64,000 nt of DNA from Phoronis australis (GCA_002633005.1 NMRA01000169.1:475387-539386); one strand, 5' to 3'. Positions 10,691 through 24,027 are shown, counted from the first letter of the stretch. The notes: generated from the letters alone by a model not told the origin. Made by a program: numbers and translations.

Positions 10691-11501
10691 CTAGACAAAC
10701 AACCAATCATATCAATGAACACAATTTCACGTGGAAGAAAATCTCGTGAAGGAATTGTAACACAGTTTCACGCGACCAAAGGGCAAAGCATAACAATTAC
10801 TAGTAGGTTCCTTCAAGGATTACTTCCAGTTTTTAAATCAATCCCTACACCAGGTATCCAGACTTGATGAAATTGCAAACCCTTGCTTCAACAGACTTTT
10901 ATCAGATAATACTGAATCGGCCAAGGACTAATCAATTATGCAGGGATGACACCAGACATGACAGTCTTTTCAGTAACCCCTGAAAAAACACGCAGATACA
11001 ACAAAACAACATACCCAGCATCTGTATTGCTCTGGATGCTTTTGTATAAGTTATAATCAGGTGATCAGTGCAATGGTCCCATGTCATAAGTATGTATGGT
11101 ACTCAATAAAAGGCATCTGGTTACCCACACAGCCAGTTTTTTATGGTTTTTCATAACCTTAAAGTTGGTTTTGAATAGTATGGAATTGGAATCGTGAACA
11201 AGCTTTTCCAAGTTTTGATGAAGTTTTGAATGTTTTTCACAAATACATTGAGTTCATTGGCAATTTATTTGCCAGTGGTCTGATTTTTCTCGGGACATTG
11301 GTTAAATTATCGTTAGAGAATACAAGGAAGCAAGACTTAGAATAATTTTTATCACGAGTTGTTATGATGTATAACATACAAAACTTTGTTTGATTTGAAA
11401 TTTAACCATTTGATTCGTCAAACGTAGGTCTAGTTACTTTAAATATCTCACAAAACAAGTCTAGCTTCTAAATCTACATTCACGTCGTGATGAAACTTCA
11501 C

Positions 11502-11634
11502 CTGGCTTGAGGTGGGCAAAAGGCATCTCGCCTGCCAAGAGCTCCCATAAACAGAGGGCGTAGCTGAACACGTCTGCTTTAACTGTGTACTTGGTGCACT
11601 GCGTGAAAATCTCGGGTGCCATCCAGCGAAGATT
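11502..11634 (-). CDS. TNNI3K: TNNI3K coding exon 18 ([44 protein letters not shown])
   Basis: gctAG / GTgaag; 133 nt; APE motif. Confidence 0.95.
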
Positions 11635-12352
11635 CTAGCAAAAGCTCCACTTGGTTATACAACCACATAATTATTCAGAGACCAATTTATAATAATTATT
11701 GCAAAAAAATGTTGAAAAGTGCCACATAATGGAGGAGGAATTTCAAAACCAGTGAGGACCAACTAACACCTCCACCTACTGTTCATGCACAGAGTTATGT
11801 AAAAACTAACATCTCCACCTAGTGATCAAAAATGGAAAAGAGCTTCTTCTTACAGGGGTGACAGCAACATTAGCTTCAACTGTCATTTTATTGAATTCAA
11901 AGTTAAGAAACGAGTTCTTCTCAAGCAAAGAAATCACTTATAAACTAAAGAAGGTACAAGTTAAGATGCAATAAGTGGTTTGATTCATGATTTAGGGTTA
12001 ATGACATTGAAAATTATCAAAGGCAATTGAAATTGGGTTTTAAAAGAGAAAGGCCATTGAATTTATAAAAAGGCAAAAAAATAACTGACACAGAGTCAGG
12101 ATGCTTAGCAGTTTACCCATAATGTAGCTATGAGTAAGGCCTCAATTAAAATTACCATTTGTTTCACCAAAATGAAATATTTTTTCAACAAAACCGAGCA
12201 TGCCCAATCACAAATGGCAGACAAAAGTAAAACATTTCACCCCTATCTGTGTCCGAGGAGTGAGGATAGGGTGAACAGAAACAGAAGACATGTTAACACG
12301 CCCTTACTGTTAATAATTAAAAGGACACATGCAACAAAAGTGTCCCTCTTAC

Positions 12353-12405
12353 CCCAGGCTGTTTAGTCATGTTATCCTCTTCTAGGGAGCGTAAAAACCT
12401 GGATT
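12353..12405 (-). CDS. TNNI3K: TNNI3K coding exon 17 (ESRFLRSLEEDNMTKQPG)
   Basis: tccAG / GTaaga; 53 nt; activation loop. Confidence 0.93.
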
Positions 12406-13620
12406 CTGGAAATAAATGATGTATCATAAATAAAAACAAATTCATTTTTTAAAAACTCAGCTTGTTTCACTACACCTCATACTTAGTAAAGAGATTTGTA
12501 CAAGAATCCTTGATGTCATGAAATCTCCTTATTATGAAAACACATCTAAGAAATGTCCTCTTGCGTTGAGCACTGCAATTCCCATCCTACCAATGACTTA
12601 AAGCAATAAAACACAGGATGAAATAAATTACGGTATCATACAATGAAACCGGTGATGTTTTTAACTCTTTGGTTTCTGGATGTAAGATTACTAAAATTAT
12701 TCACCATTCAAGTAATGGTCCACTATTAGATTAGTGAAGCTGCTATTAATCTACTGTCTGTCTGTCAAAATAACACTAATTACTTTTGATTTATACCACC
12801 TAGCAATGTGTTTCTTACTCACTATGAAAATGATTTCTGGGTTTGGGAGTAACTGGGAATTTGGACAGTTCTGGATAGAAGTCTCCTTCATCCTGGAGGT
12901 ATTATATCGGTCTGGTTTTAGAAATGTCGCGCTAAAATGAGGTATAACGTCAGAAAATATCGCATCCACTTCTTAAATTTAACCAACTTACAGCCCAGTG
13001 AACAGCAGTAAAACTTTGCTGGCATTAGAAGGCCAAATTCAACTAATACAGACAGAACAGCAGTGAAACTTTGCTGGCATTGGAAGGCCTAACAAATAAT
13101 ACAGACGAGAAAAAGAAGCAAAGCACCATCAAATAACATGAGAAACTCCCACGCCCTGAAAACGAGGCCAGAGAACTGCTTAAAAGACGGTGCAGCATTG
13201 TGGATAACGACCGTGAAATTCAAGTGTCGGTATGTAATCTGGGACAGTCCTATTGCAACAAGCTGGCTTGACCTAACCAGTCAGTCTATGCTGTCTCAGG
13301 AAATAACAAATTGATAGATCTTCCCAGGCCTAGATATCCATTCTAACCTGGTTAGATGGTGGACGTTATCATTTGTCTAGGTGAAAAATTGTAAATCTCA
13401 AGACATCTGGAAACTTACTGTAATATTTTCCCCAAGTGGCATAGTCACTCTACTCCTTCTACTGAGGGTTGATGACAGACTAATTCACGCGATCACTCTC
13501 CGTCACTTTTCCCTAACAATTGCAAGGCCCTGAACCATGAATTGGGAAAATGTGCACTAAATTTCCAGAAATTTTGTGATGTATAATTTTCAGAATCAAC
13601 TCTTAATTTGCATATCATAC

Positions 13621-13778
13621 CTCCAAAGTCCGACACGACTGCTCGTCCGTTCTCGTCCAATAGGATGTTGTGACTGTTCAGATCTCGGTGTATGATTGGT
13701 TGAGGCAGATTGTGTAAGTACTTCATGCCATTGGCCACGTCTGAGGCTATCGTCAGTTTGGAGTGAATGTCGATCAAC
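13621..13778 (-). CDS. TNNI3K: TNNI3K coding exon 16 (LIDIHSKL...[13 protein letters not shown]...SDFG)
   Basis: actAG / GTatga; 158 nt; catalytic loop and DFG. Confidence 0.95.
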
Positions 13779-13907
13779 CTAGTAACCAAATGAATCAAAC
13801 CACATTCAAGGCATAGTTTCGCAATTTCAGAAAAATGACATAATAGCCACTGTTACTGTATTGGTTATGCATATACTCTTACATTCAGGGTCATATACAT
13901 TTGAGCT

Positions 13908-15530
13908 AAAAAGGGGACTGTAGTCAAAATAATGTTGCAGTTAATCGGTTCTAACTTACAAATAAAACTCATATTTGCCTGACTTGCGCGCCAAACAAAA
14001 GCCGATTCGTATTCACTGAATTCTGAAAGCGATCGCTGATTGGCTGACGTGCCAGTGACGTGAATGGCGGGGTATAGGCTGCTTTACACATTCATTTGCT
14101 TACTAGTACATCATATTTTGAAGAGTTTGCATCGTAATTTATCATTGTATCAATCGTCCTTATTTTTTATTTTTTATTGTTTGCCAGTGCTTTAAAAGGT
14201 TCGCTATGCCTTTTTGTATGGCACCTGCTTGCTCAAACTCTTCGAAAAAGGTGTCTTCTAAAGGGATGGTCATCGCATACCATCGTCGGGTTACCCAAGC
14301 CTTGGCCCAAAGCTATATACTAAATATAGGCCTACAGATTTTCAAGAGCCGATATGGGTAAAAAATGGAAAGTAAAGTCTAACTTAATGTCATAAAAACT
14401 AATCTCATCCTTGAGTAAACATAGGAACCAGGTTCCTAGAGAAAAATAACTTCCGTAGGCCAATATTTACCGGTGTTGGAAAAGTTAGCGATCGTTCATC
14501 GGCTGCTAATAAAATTGTGATGTGTTCTCTTGAGTCGGCTTTTTGCGATTACGTCACCTGACCTTTACCAGTTTCTTTTCCCCCGGATTCTTTTATCAAG
14601 TGTTCGTCGCTCACGGTACCTAGGTTGCGTACATATTATAACAAATTATAGGAACTTGTTTCATTTTGCTACGAGTTTTTAGTATTTTTATACCAACAAA
14701 CCGAATTTTTGACCAACCTTGGTACGGCGAAGCTGTCATCATGTCCCGAAAGACGTCTCAAATTTTTAGGAATAGGCGCGTGCGCCGTGTCACGAGCGTG
14801 CTGTTTTTGAACGGACGACACACTTATTTGTTAAAAAGGCGGCAAATTATGCTACCAAATAACGTTTATTTGATTGTTTTCCGCTTAAACGGCTGCAACG
14901 AACAGTGGGAGTGTCGGGTGACTACCAGATGCACCCCCACCGGTCCGAGCTTTATATGTTGATGTAACCTAAGTTTTACGAGGAGGTGCCGGACGAGCGT
15001 AAGTCAACTATACCCGGGTAGTCAACGGCTGTCTGAAATTTTGGGGTTAAAGGAGCTCAACACACAGTGGTACGATAGTCTTCATAACAGCTATAGTCGG
15101 TAACTTACCGGCCAACCCTTCAAGTTAACAGCGCTGAGTGCTGACAGCTGGCTGACTGGCTGGCAAGAGTCCACATTGCCCACTGCACAGTCACACCAGT
15201 GTAAATTGTTGATACGGACTGGTTGTACCGGCAAATTTTCGTCTGACGATGACTGGGTATCACTTTGTGTTGCCTCGGCTCAAACAAGTATTCCTGGTGA
15301 CCCGACATTTCACACTAAAATTTCTTATTCCGACAATATAAAAAACGCTACTTGATTGCACGCTAACACAGGACAGTGACTTTGCCCCCGCCAAATACAT
15401 CACGAGACTAAGCAGCGCTCCAAGCCTGTAGTTTTTTTGAGCTTCGTTAGAGAATATAAGTTTAATTTTTGTTGTTGAATTATTTGTGAAATTAATCAAC
15501 AATTCATGGAAAACTATCCAGATCCCTTTT
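13908..15530. mobile_element. Internally deleted Kolobok-like DNA transposon in a TNNI3K intron
   Basis: Degenerate inverted ends (aaaagggg-actgtagt ... actatccagatccctttt); truncated THAP-like start on + (14206) converging on a KolX-like start on - (15308). Confidence 0.55.
14206..14361 (+). pseudogene. Truncated THAP zinc-finger N-terminus (MPFCMAPACSNSSKK...IAYHR)
   Basis: M-P-x-C-x4-C-x-N...HR pattern of THAP domains; lacks the downstream W, C-x-x-H-F and AVP motifs. Confidence 0.6.
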
Positions 15531-15734
15531 ACAACACAATAAATTTTCAATCAGGAACACACATGCATATGTATGCTACATAGATTTGAACTTGTATACC
15601 TACAACATGAAAAATTAAAAAAGGCCTTTTCACACAAATTAACTGGTAAGGGTCTTCTAATATGATTTTGGTAGGCGTTCAAAAGACAACGCAGCACGTT
15701 TACCTTTACCTACAAACAGAACATTCATACAAAC

Positions 15735-15802
15735 CTCTTCTGTTCATGTAGAATGCTGAAGAGAGACCCACCAGCGATGTACTGAGTGACAATCGCAAAT
15801 TG
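15735..15802 (-). CDS. TNNI3K: TNNI3K coding exon 15 ([22 protein letters not shown])
   Basis: ttccAG / GTttgt; 68 nt, phase 0-2. Confidence 0.93.
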
Positions 15803-16243
15803 CTGGAAAACATAAAAAATAGCTTAGTCTACAGAAAGGAATAGCTTCGTCTTCAACTGAGCTCTCCTCCTTACAGAGGTTAAAACAGCTTTCAAAATGT
15901 CAGGGTTCCCATGGGCTGAGCTGGACAAACAAACATCAACTGATGGTACGAGCAGGTAAAGTTCTCCATTTTTTTCAAAGTCATCGTCTCAGGACTGCAG
16001 CAGTTACAGTTACACTTAGTAAACTTGCACGCTTCGTTTTGTAATGATCATGGTCCCCACATTTCATTTGAAAGCTGCACATTTTGCAGTTCTCCAAGGA
16101 CTTTGCAGGTATGATTTACTAAACCAAATTTGAACATTCTATGGTGACATGTTAAAAGCAAGAGAAAATTCACAACATCAAGACTTTACCTTTTACAAAA
16201 ACAATTTAATAAAAATAATAATTTAAGAGATTCACAGGCTTAC

Positions 16244-16370
16244 ACTAGGCTCCTCAAGACATGCGCCGACAAACTGGATCACAAAACTGCTTCTTAACTT
16301 GCACAAGATGGACACCTCTCGACAGAACATATCCACATCAGACTTGGCACTGAACGAATTGGCTTTATAT
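16244..16370 (-). CDS. TNNI3K: TNNI3K coding exon 14 ([25 protein letters not shown]...GACLEEPS)
   Basis: tatAG / GTaagc; 127 nt, phase 2-0. Confidence 0.94.
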
Positions 16371-16696
16371 CTATAACACAGAAGCAGGAGAGTCATTGCT
16401 GCGTAAAAATGCCCGCGTGGAAGACTCTGTCATATCTTCACCATAAGGGGACAGAATTTTCTACAATCTACTGGACCTACAAATCGAACAGATACTCGAT
16501 TACTTTTTCCTTGTAATGGAGAGAACAAAATACTATAAAATCGCCCTAGCATATTCAACAAAGTTGGAAGAGCAAAACCGGGTATACTGACACAGCCATC
16601 ACGGTGCATTTATTAGAAATAAGGATGCGTGCATGTAGCAAGTATGGTTACACATTCAAGCTTATTGTGGATCATTGAGAAAAGCAGATCCAAAAT

Positions 16697-16930
16697 GCTT
16701 GAACAATATTGTCCAAGCTAGAATAACACTTTCCAAGCCTGAATAATGTTGTTCAAGCCTGAATATTGTCCACGCTTAAATAATGTTGTCCAACCTTGAA
16801 TAATATTGTACAAACCTATTATAATATTAATGCTGTACAAGCTGAAATCATTTCGTCCAAGCTTGAATAATAGTGTCTAAGCTTAAATAATACTGTCCAC
16901 ACTTGAATAACATTATCCAAGCTTGAATAA
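16697..16930. repeat. Degenerate ~20-bp tandem repeat (gcttgaataatattgtccaa)
   Basis: About 10-11 diverged units in an intron. Confidence 0.75.
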
Positions 16931-17003
16931 GGTTACATACTTTTTAGCTTCATTTTAATTTTGTACCTAGGATTAATCAAGTTCAATGAGTTTAGTGTTG
17001 TAC

Positions 17004-17154
17004 CTCTTGGCAGCCACAATCTTTCCCTTGTACTTGGCCTTACAGACTCGGCCAAACGAGCCGCTACCAATAGGCTCCTGGAACTCCAGGTCAGACATTT
17101 GAATCTGGAAGTTGTGCGGCAAAGTGGTGCGTAAAGTTAGAACATCGATTTTCT
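17004..17154 (-). CDS. TNNI3K: TNNI3K coding exon 13 (EKIDVL...IGSGSFGRVCKAKYKGKIVAAK)
   Basis: ttccAG / GTacaa; 151 nt; Gly-rich loop and catalytic Lys. Confidence 0.94.
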
Positions 17155-17866
17155 CTGGAAGAAAGTTCAAAGAGCAATATTTAGGACACAGCTATCATAC
17201 GGTAATTATTCGATAATAAAGTGCACAGCTTCAGAAACAAAAACACATAGCATGTCATAACAACGCCAGCTCGTAATGTTTCATAAAACATCATTGATCA
17301 GCTTTTATGCAGTGTGTATTGCATTTGGAGCAATGGACATTTCATATCCAAGAAAAAACCTTCATTGTCTTGTCTTCTCAAATAAAACACAGGTTTAACA
17401 GATTTTGTAAACAAAACTGACATAGTAATATCATAAACCACCTTACCAACTTCAAAATTTAGCATTTTATGCCAACAGTCAACTTTCTCACACCGGTACC
17501 ATCAAACGATGTAGCAAAAAAGATTCATGGTTTCCAGGGTGTCAGAGCTTGACCCTACAGAGGCCTGTCTCTAAGTACTTAGCATACATAGTCAACAAGA
17601 GAACTCAAGTGCCTGTTGTGTCCATAAGTGGTTGAGATTGATAATTAGCATAACTGACAACAAAGTACCGTAGACTTTTACTAATCAAAATAAGGCCATA
17701 ATCAGTAAATTATCACTTTCAAAACTTTAAGAAATATGAAGCACTGTGGGTAAGCCACTTCCATCGTCATGGCCCATGTACATGTTAATGAGAAATGCAT
17801 AGAAGATTATGCATAGCGTTGACATTCTGCATTCTAACCACCAGCTGAACAACATGGAGAACCCAC

Positions 17867-18010
17867 CTCTGGTCATATTGCGCAGTTTTCCAAGGGGCGA
17901 TGGCACACTGACGTAAGAGCCCTCACTTCCTGGCTGTGAGTAATCACCGCAGGCCGACTCGTCCTGGGGCCTTTTGTGGTGCTTCAGTAAGGTCACGATG
18001 GAGTCATGAC
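17867..18010 (-). CDS. TNNI3K: TNNI3K coding exon 12 ([18 protein letters not shown]...[16 protein letters not shown])
   Basis: cacAG / GTgggt; 144 nt. Confidence 0.94.
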
Positions 18011-18185
18011 CTGTGGGGTCAAAAGTCATGGTAAAGTGGTAATTAAAAAATTTCACTCTCCATCTAACGTTCACGATTATCTTACTAGGTAGCATTGTAA
18101 ATATACCTAATTGTACACAGACCGAATGTGGTATGCTTTTAGTGAAAATAGTTGGAATTTAGTTGATATGACATGCGCTCCTCAC

Positions 18186-18341
18186 CTTGCTCGTATGCCC
18201 ACATCAAACACGTCTGCTCTTCTCTCTTCTCACTACCGCCATTTTGATCGCTCACACTGGCCACCAAGTTCATGTCTGCTCCCATGTCAAGTAAGAACTG
18301 GACTAGACGGATGTGTCCATGGAAACAGGCACTATGCAGAG
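18186..18341 (-). CDS. TNNI3K: TNNI3K coding exon 11 ([28 protein letters not shown]...[10 protein letters not shown])
   Basis: ttgcAG / GTgagg; 156 nt; ankyrin repeat. Confidence 0.94.
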
Positions 18342-18608
18342 CTGCAAAATATAACCAGATCTTGTGGATTAGGACTCCACTCTTCAAATCCTAAGTGAGC
18401 CCCCGCTTGGATATCAATGGATATCAAAAAACAGCTATAGTCTATAGTCATATCTCATTCTTATAATACATCAAACAATTGTTCAAGTGCACTGACTGTT
18501 TAAAATAATGCACATTAAGGTTCACAAGTAAAGACAACCATAAGTTCATAAAAAACAATCACATGACTCCCACCCTCCATGAGGTCAAGGTCACAACCCC
18601 TAACCTAC

Positions 18609-18703
18609 CTGTGTGTCCATCTCGCCCTTGGTAGTTGATGTTAACACAGTCCTGTTCCAGTAATGTTTTCACCAGGTCAATACTCTTCCCATATGTGCAG
18701 GCA
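18609..18703 (-). CDS. TNNI3K: TNNI3K coding exon 10 ([31 protein letters not shown])
   Basis: tccAG / GTaggt; 95 nt. Confidence 0.93.
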
Positions 18704-19674
18704 CTGGATATACAACAGTAAACAACCACATTTAGCAATCATCTGACGAGCGTCAGTGTGAATGCAAAATTGTCAAATAGTTATCAAATGTCAAAACGTA
18801 TAATCACCACAGACGAAAATTACGCACACGCATCACCTCATCATTTCTGCCATAGTCTGTTTATAAACTCTACAAAATTCACAAAACAAAAGTGAATACA
18901 TTCAATTTTCACTGTGCCTATGCTGTGTAGTGGATCAAAGCACACATGCAAGGGTCTTCTACAGAACATCGCAACATGCCTATCGCGTTTATCACCACAT
19001 CCTTGTCTCTCACTGTGTGAGTTATTACCCAGTAGTTTTTTTTTACCGTGTCAGGCTTGTAATGGGGTATAAATATTTTGTATAATGTTTAAAACTTCCA
19101 GTATTAGTGTAAAATATTATCATGACTTATGATAAAAGTTTCACTTTAATTCCAGGAAAAAAATGCCAAAGCAGTCATTTGACCAGTCATTCAAAGGCTC
19201 GTTTCATTACAAAGGTCCAGTGCAACATTATAACATGCTTTTAGGTGTGTTGCACGACAAAGCAACCATCATACAAAATTGAATACATCAAAGTGAACAC
19301 CAGAAGTACTCAATATATGGATAACCATTTTTTTCAATGGCAACCATTCTTGAGGCAAACATCATCACCATCATCACGCTGACAATAAAAACGCCTTAAA
19401 ATTGCCCCAGGCAACATCAAGAGGGCAAAGGAAACAGCTTTTAAAAACAAAGAAAAAATGGGCGTGTGTTTATATAATACCCACTCACCCACCTTCACAC
19501 AAGTAAATTTGTTTACAACTAGCAATCAAATACAGAATATTCTAACTCAACAGTGTTCATACCCTTGTTGCTAAAACAAAATTTCCAATTAGAATTCTAA
19601 TACAGACAAATCAAAAATATTCTGCACATTTCAAAATGCCACGTCTTCCCTCAAGACATTGCCAGCCAGCTCAC

Positions 19675-19779
19675 CTGTGCAGTGGCGTTTCACTGAAGAT
19701 ATTCTCCATCATCAAACTGTCACAACCTGACTTCAGGATCAATTCCTTCACTACTTCTACTTTACCACTGTAGCAGGCT
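19675..19779 (-). CDS. TNNI3K: TNNI3K coding exon 9 ([14 protein letters not shown]...[10 protein letters not shown])
   Basis: ttccAG / GTgagc; 105 nt. Confidence 0.93.
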
Positions 19780-20306
19780 CTGGAATGATGAATAGTCCAT
19801 GTCACCATGACAACAACTACGATAGAAGTATAAGATTTAGGATACATCGTGCAATGCCAGTCACCCGTCATTTACTCCAGAAGCATCCTGTGACAGTTAT
19901 CTCCACAAAAAAGCACAACATAACGATAACTTTAATATTAGGCATCAATTTTAACGCAAAGTGACAATTTCTACTTTTGATACCTGGGTTTCATTTTCTT
20001 TGCTCCTCCTTACTCCTTTAGTTTGCAGAACTATTTTTGAGCAGACTCGTGAAATGTCATAGATTTCCACAAGTTGTCTGGCAGGTTTTGGTGAACTGAC
20101 TTGCCAATGAGTTGGCAACTGAGTTATTCACAAAATATTTAAAGCGAGAAATTTTGGCTTCACAGAGTCTTCAGCACAAGAATCAACATTACGATCTAGT
20201 CATTCAATCACTTTCTTAATAAAGGCTCTTTGGCTATCATGTACTCCCCATATTGATTTCTAGCAAACTTTAATTGCAACAAAGTAGAGTGCACCCCAGT
20301 ACTTAC

Positions 20307-20445
20307 AGATGTAGTGGGGTGTCTGCATACATAGTGGTTGCGTGAGGTTCTGCACCGTGCTGAAGCAGTAAGTTCATCACCAACAGGTGTCCTGCCTTAC
20401 AACAAAAGTGCAGCGGGGTGTGCTGCTCATTATCTTGAGCATTAA
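20307..20445 (-). CDS. TNNI3K: TNNI3K coding exon 8 (NAQDNEQHTPLHFCCKAGH...YADTPLH)
   Basis: ttacAG / GTaagt; 139 nt. Confidence 0.93.
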
Positions 20446-21903
20446 CTGTAAGACAAAAATAAACAATAATGTGAAAACAATGTCAACCACATGAAAATAA
20501 TGCTAATTGAGCTGCCTTAATTGTGATTGATCCATTCATTAGTTTGCATGAAAAACATGATATCTGGTCATTACACATAAGTAACCATGACGACGACATT
20601 CCGTTGCTGCCAACTTGTTCGATTCTATAGCAAAACGACAAGTTGGGAAGTTTACCCCTGTAGCAAATATCTAACACAACTGATTAACTCCATTCTGGCA
20701 TTCATGGTTGGAGGGCCTGCGCTCTTTTGTTCGATAATTGCTCTAACCTCCTATCAGATCGTATCTAGCCTGACTGGGTTGGGCTGATAAAAACGAAAGT
20801 TAAGTTATAACATATTTGAGCTTAAACCAATAGCATTTCTGAATTCCTCGTCAAATGCTGTACATGTTCCGTTTGTGAATCACCAAAATCACCCAACTAC
20901 AACAGAATTTAAGACAATCTATTCTGTCCAAACGGATTACCAATGCACTGGGTTTGACCGAGTTCTGAATACGCCTTCCGTAATAGCGTGCAACCACCAT
21001 ACGTTTCCTTTGAAGCCTGGGAGATGATTGGCCTGCTTTTTATCATACGGGACAAAAGACTGAGTTGGGCAGTTAACAAAAGAGCCAGATGTTATCGCAC
21101 GTTCAGCACCCCTCACGTCTGGAAAAGTTACTGAACGACAGAACGCTGTAATGATGGTGTCTCAAGCAATATGTTGGACAGCATTTTTACTACACAAAAA
21201 CAAAGAATGCAGATGAAAAGAAGCCAAAACACAGAACCATCTTATAAAGGCTCCCACACCTCTCCTTGAACGTCCTTGCAACAATCATCTCACCACCATA
21301 GCCTCAGTCCACGCCCCTCAGACTCTCATTAGAATCTCACTGCCTCAAATCCCATGTATTAAATATTCATGTGCTTACACCCAATTTAATGCGTAAATTT
21401 GGTTCCAGAGCTTCGCATTGAGTCAAACAGTGCTATAAATTGTGAAATGTAGTGAACTGGCTTATTGGTTTGCTTTTGTCTACATCACTGCGAGAATCAC
21501 CCTTTAATTCAAACAATGAATAACACCCACACGCAATGGTGGTCAATTCAGACCCTGTTCAATAGAACTGTTCTTATTAGAATCTCATGGTGATCCAATA
21601 TGGCAACTTCGCCTATCATTTGACGGGTCTATATTTGAGTGATTAAACTGGTGTTATATTTTTTAGCTAAGGCTTTGCTAGGACTATCTGGTTAGCCAAA
21701 TACAATTAAAATAACGAAATTCCATTAAACTTAGGCTTTTTAAAAAGGCGTCAGTGGCTATCCCTGAGTCTCTTATCCAGTTCAAGTATTTTCATTTAAA
21801 TATTTAATGATAACTATTAAGAATATGTCAATTTCAGCAACAATCGTAGTCAAGCTTCACTCTTTATGATGACCATAATCTTGAGTTACCGTGTTGTCAT
21901 CAG

Positions 21904-22102
21904 TCAACAGCTCAGACAATCTTACTCTCTCAAAGCTCCACCCACATCATGTCACTCTCTAAGCTTACCATCAGCTTGAGTCTCCCTGTTGCCGTCAATC
22001 AACAGCTCAGACAATCTTACTCTCTCAAAGCTCCACCCACATCATGTCACTCTCTAAGCTTACCATCAGCTTGAGTCTCCCTGTTGCCGTCAATCAACAG
22101 CT
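21904..22102. repeat. 95-bp tandem duplication spanning the TNNI3K exon 7 donor
   Basis: Two identical units starting at 21904 and 21999, a partial unit at 22094, and a degenerate older copy at ~21858-21903. Confidence 0.93.
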
Positions 22103-22208
22103 GTGATATACTCATGTAGCCCTTGGCAGCAGCCAGATGCAATGGGCAGTCACCAACGCCCCCCGTCTGGTTCACACTGACCCCAGTTTTGATCAAAACA
22201 TCAACCAC
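22064..22208 (-). CDS. TNNI3K: TNNI3K coding exon 7 (VVDVLIKTGVSVNQTGGVGDCPLHLAAAKG...QAD)
   Basis: ttttAG / GTaagc; 145 nt, phase 0-1. Confidence 0.93.
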
Positions 22209-22790
22209 CTAAAAAGAAAAACTGAATAGTTCTTAAAAGACCTCTTCACATCAATTGAAGATTAAATCCACTTATCTGCAGTGCACTGGCCTTTTGCCAA
22301 AATATAAAGTTCAATTAAGACCACTTGACGTCATAAATTAGTTTCAGGTTGTTCCTTACTCACAATGAAAATGTCCACTAGGCTAACTTGTAAAAGCGAG
22401 CAAGTCATTGTGTGCACCGAAAGCAATACGGCAGGCAAACAAGAAGGTTCCATATGTGAACACCAGATGGTGTTACTAGTTGACACTTTGGAACTTTAAG
22501 TACGAGAGATTGTACCTGTGCATTGTACCGCAGAATAAAGGTCTGTTTTACACCGTATGTAGTTTTCACATCTATTTTTCTCTGTTGAAGTGATTCACAA
22601 GCTACACAAAACTTACAAAAACAAAACCAAATAGTATGACTCAGTATGTACTCTAAATACAGTATTTCTCAACTGTCACAACATAACAAATAAACTGAGG
22701 TGTATTGTATAAGGAGCTGACTCTATCTCATCAGTTCCAGTTATACACACGTGTAATGTAACAAAACAACAGTGCAAAATGCGGCCTTAC

Positions 22791-22889
22791 TCTCTCATGA
22801 CCAAAGTAGGAAGCTATGTGCAGGGGTGAGAATTTAACTCCATCTTGACAACTGGCCGAGCTTCCCTTGTTTAGTAATAACTGTACAAC
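22791..22889 (-). CDS. TNNI3K: TNNI3K coding exon 6 (VVQLLLNKGSSASCQDGVKFSPLHIASYFGHER)
   Basis: tttcAG / GTaagg; 99 nt (one ankyrin repeat). Confidence 0.93.
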
Positions 22890-24027
22890 CTGAAATAACG
22901 ATAACTTTTCATAATTTTGGGCTTGGAGGGAGTAACTAGTCCCATAGTGCTGGGAATTTTGCAAATGGCTGTAAATCACTGGTGTCATTCACACAGAACA
23001 GCTCTTCTGAAATTGACATGCAAGGTCAGTGAAAGTAGTTCTTTGTGAACCCTGTGCTCAGTGATACAACTGTCCTGGTTAGTCTGTGTAAGTAAACACA
23101 GCTTAACAAAGGGTTTACAGTCATGACTGAGAATATAATTGTTTTATTACCCCCTATGAGCTCTGAATAGCCAAGCCCAGAATGAAAGTCAGTCACACAT
23201 CCACCGCAGTCTACGTTGAGGTTCTAGTCATAATCAAAATCACAGCAAAGCACTTAAGGTTCTGTCACAAGATTTGAAAAAATTAACCGGTCTGTTTGTA
23301 TTTAATTACTGTCGAACAAATCAAGTGACAGTTTTAACAGGAAATTGTTATCTATGTTACCAAGGATCAAATTTCTTGACTAATTTTCTATCAATTGTAC
23401 ATCCACGGAACTGAGTACTTTTAAAAAACTTGATTTTCACAGAATCTTCTTACATATACAAAAATAATGTCCATGTGGTCGTAATCGCGACTGTTTTATT
23501 TTTTAAAAAAATTGGCTTTTAAAAATAAGACATTAACAGTCTTTGAAAAAACGGAAATCTCGAGTTTTGACATCTGAGCTTTCAGGGTAAAAGGCTCTAA
23601 AAGAAAATCCCAAACACGCGAACGGAAAAAAGGAAATTAATGTTTTTAAAATGTTCCACTTTTGCATGAGGGGCTATCATAAATGGGACTTCAATGATTT
23701 TCAGGGACTTTTTATTAAGTTGAATAAAACAAAAATGAAATATTTTAGAAAACTGTAACAGCATTTTTGGGATGTCACTTTGAATATTTATATCAAATAA
23801 AACTTGATCAGAATGTTATTGATACTGTTGTTTTACTGTCAACGTACTACGGTACCTTTCTCTCTCACCCACTCGATAACACATTGGTACAAAGTCAAAA
23901 ATCAAATTCTAAAGGCCATTCAGAAAACTTATACTTTTACTGTCGGGTTAAAATCCATAGTTTAATAGACATTTGGCTAAATAAATATTCAGGCCTGCCA
24001 AAACGGTCCTACATAACTGTTACATAC

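Noticed and set aside
17004-17030. TNNI3K as a pseudokinase because of VAAK and HRDLNSHN
   Set aside because: Catalytic Lys, Gly loop, HRD, DFG and APE are intact; HRDLNSHN is normal for TNNI3K.
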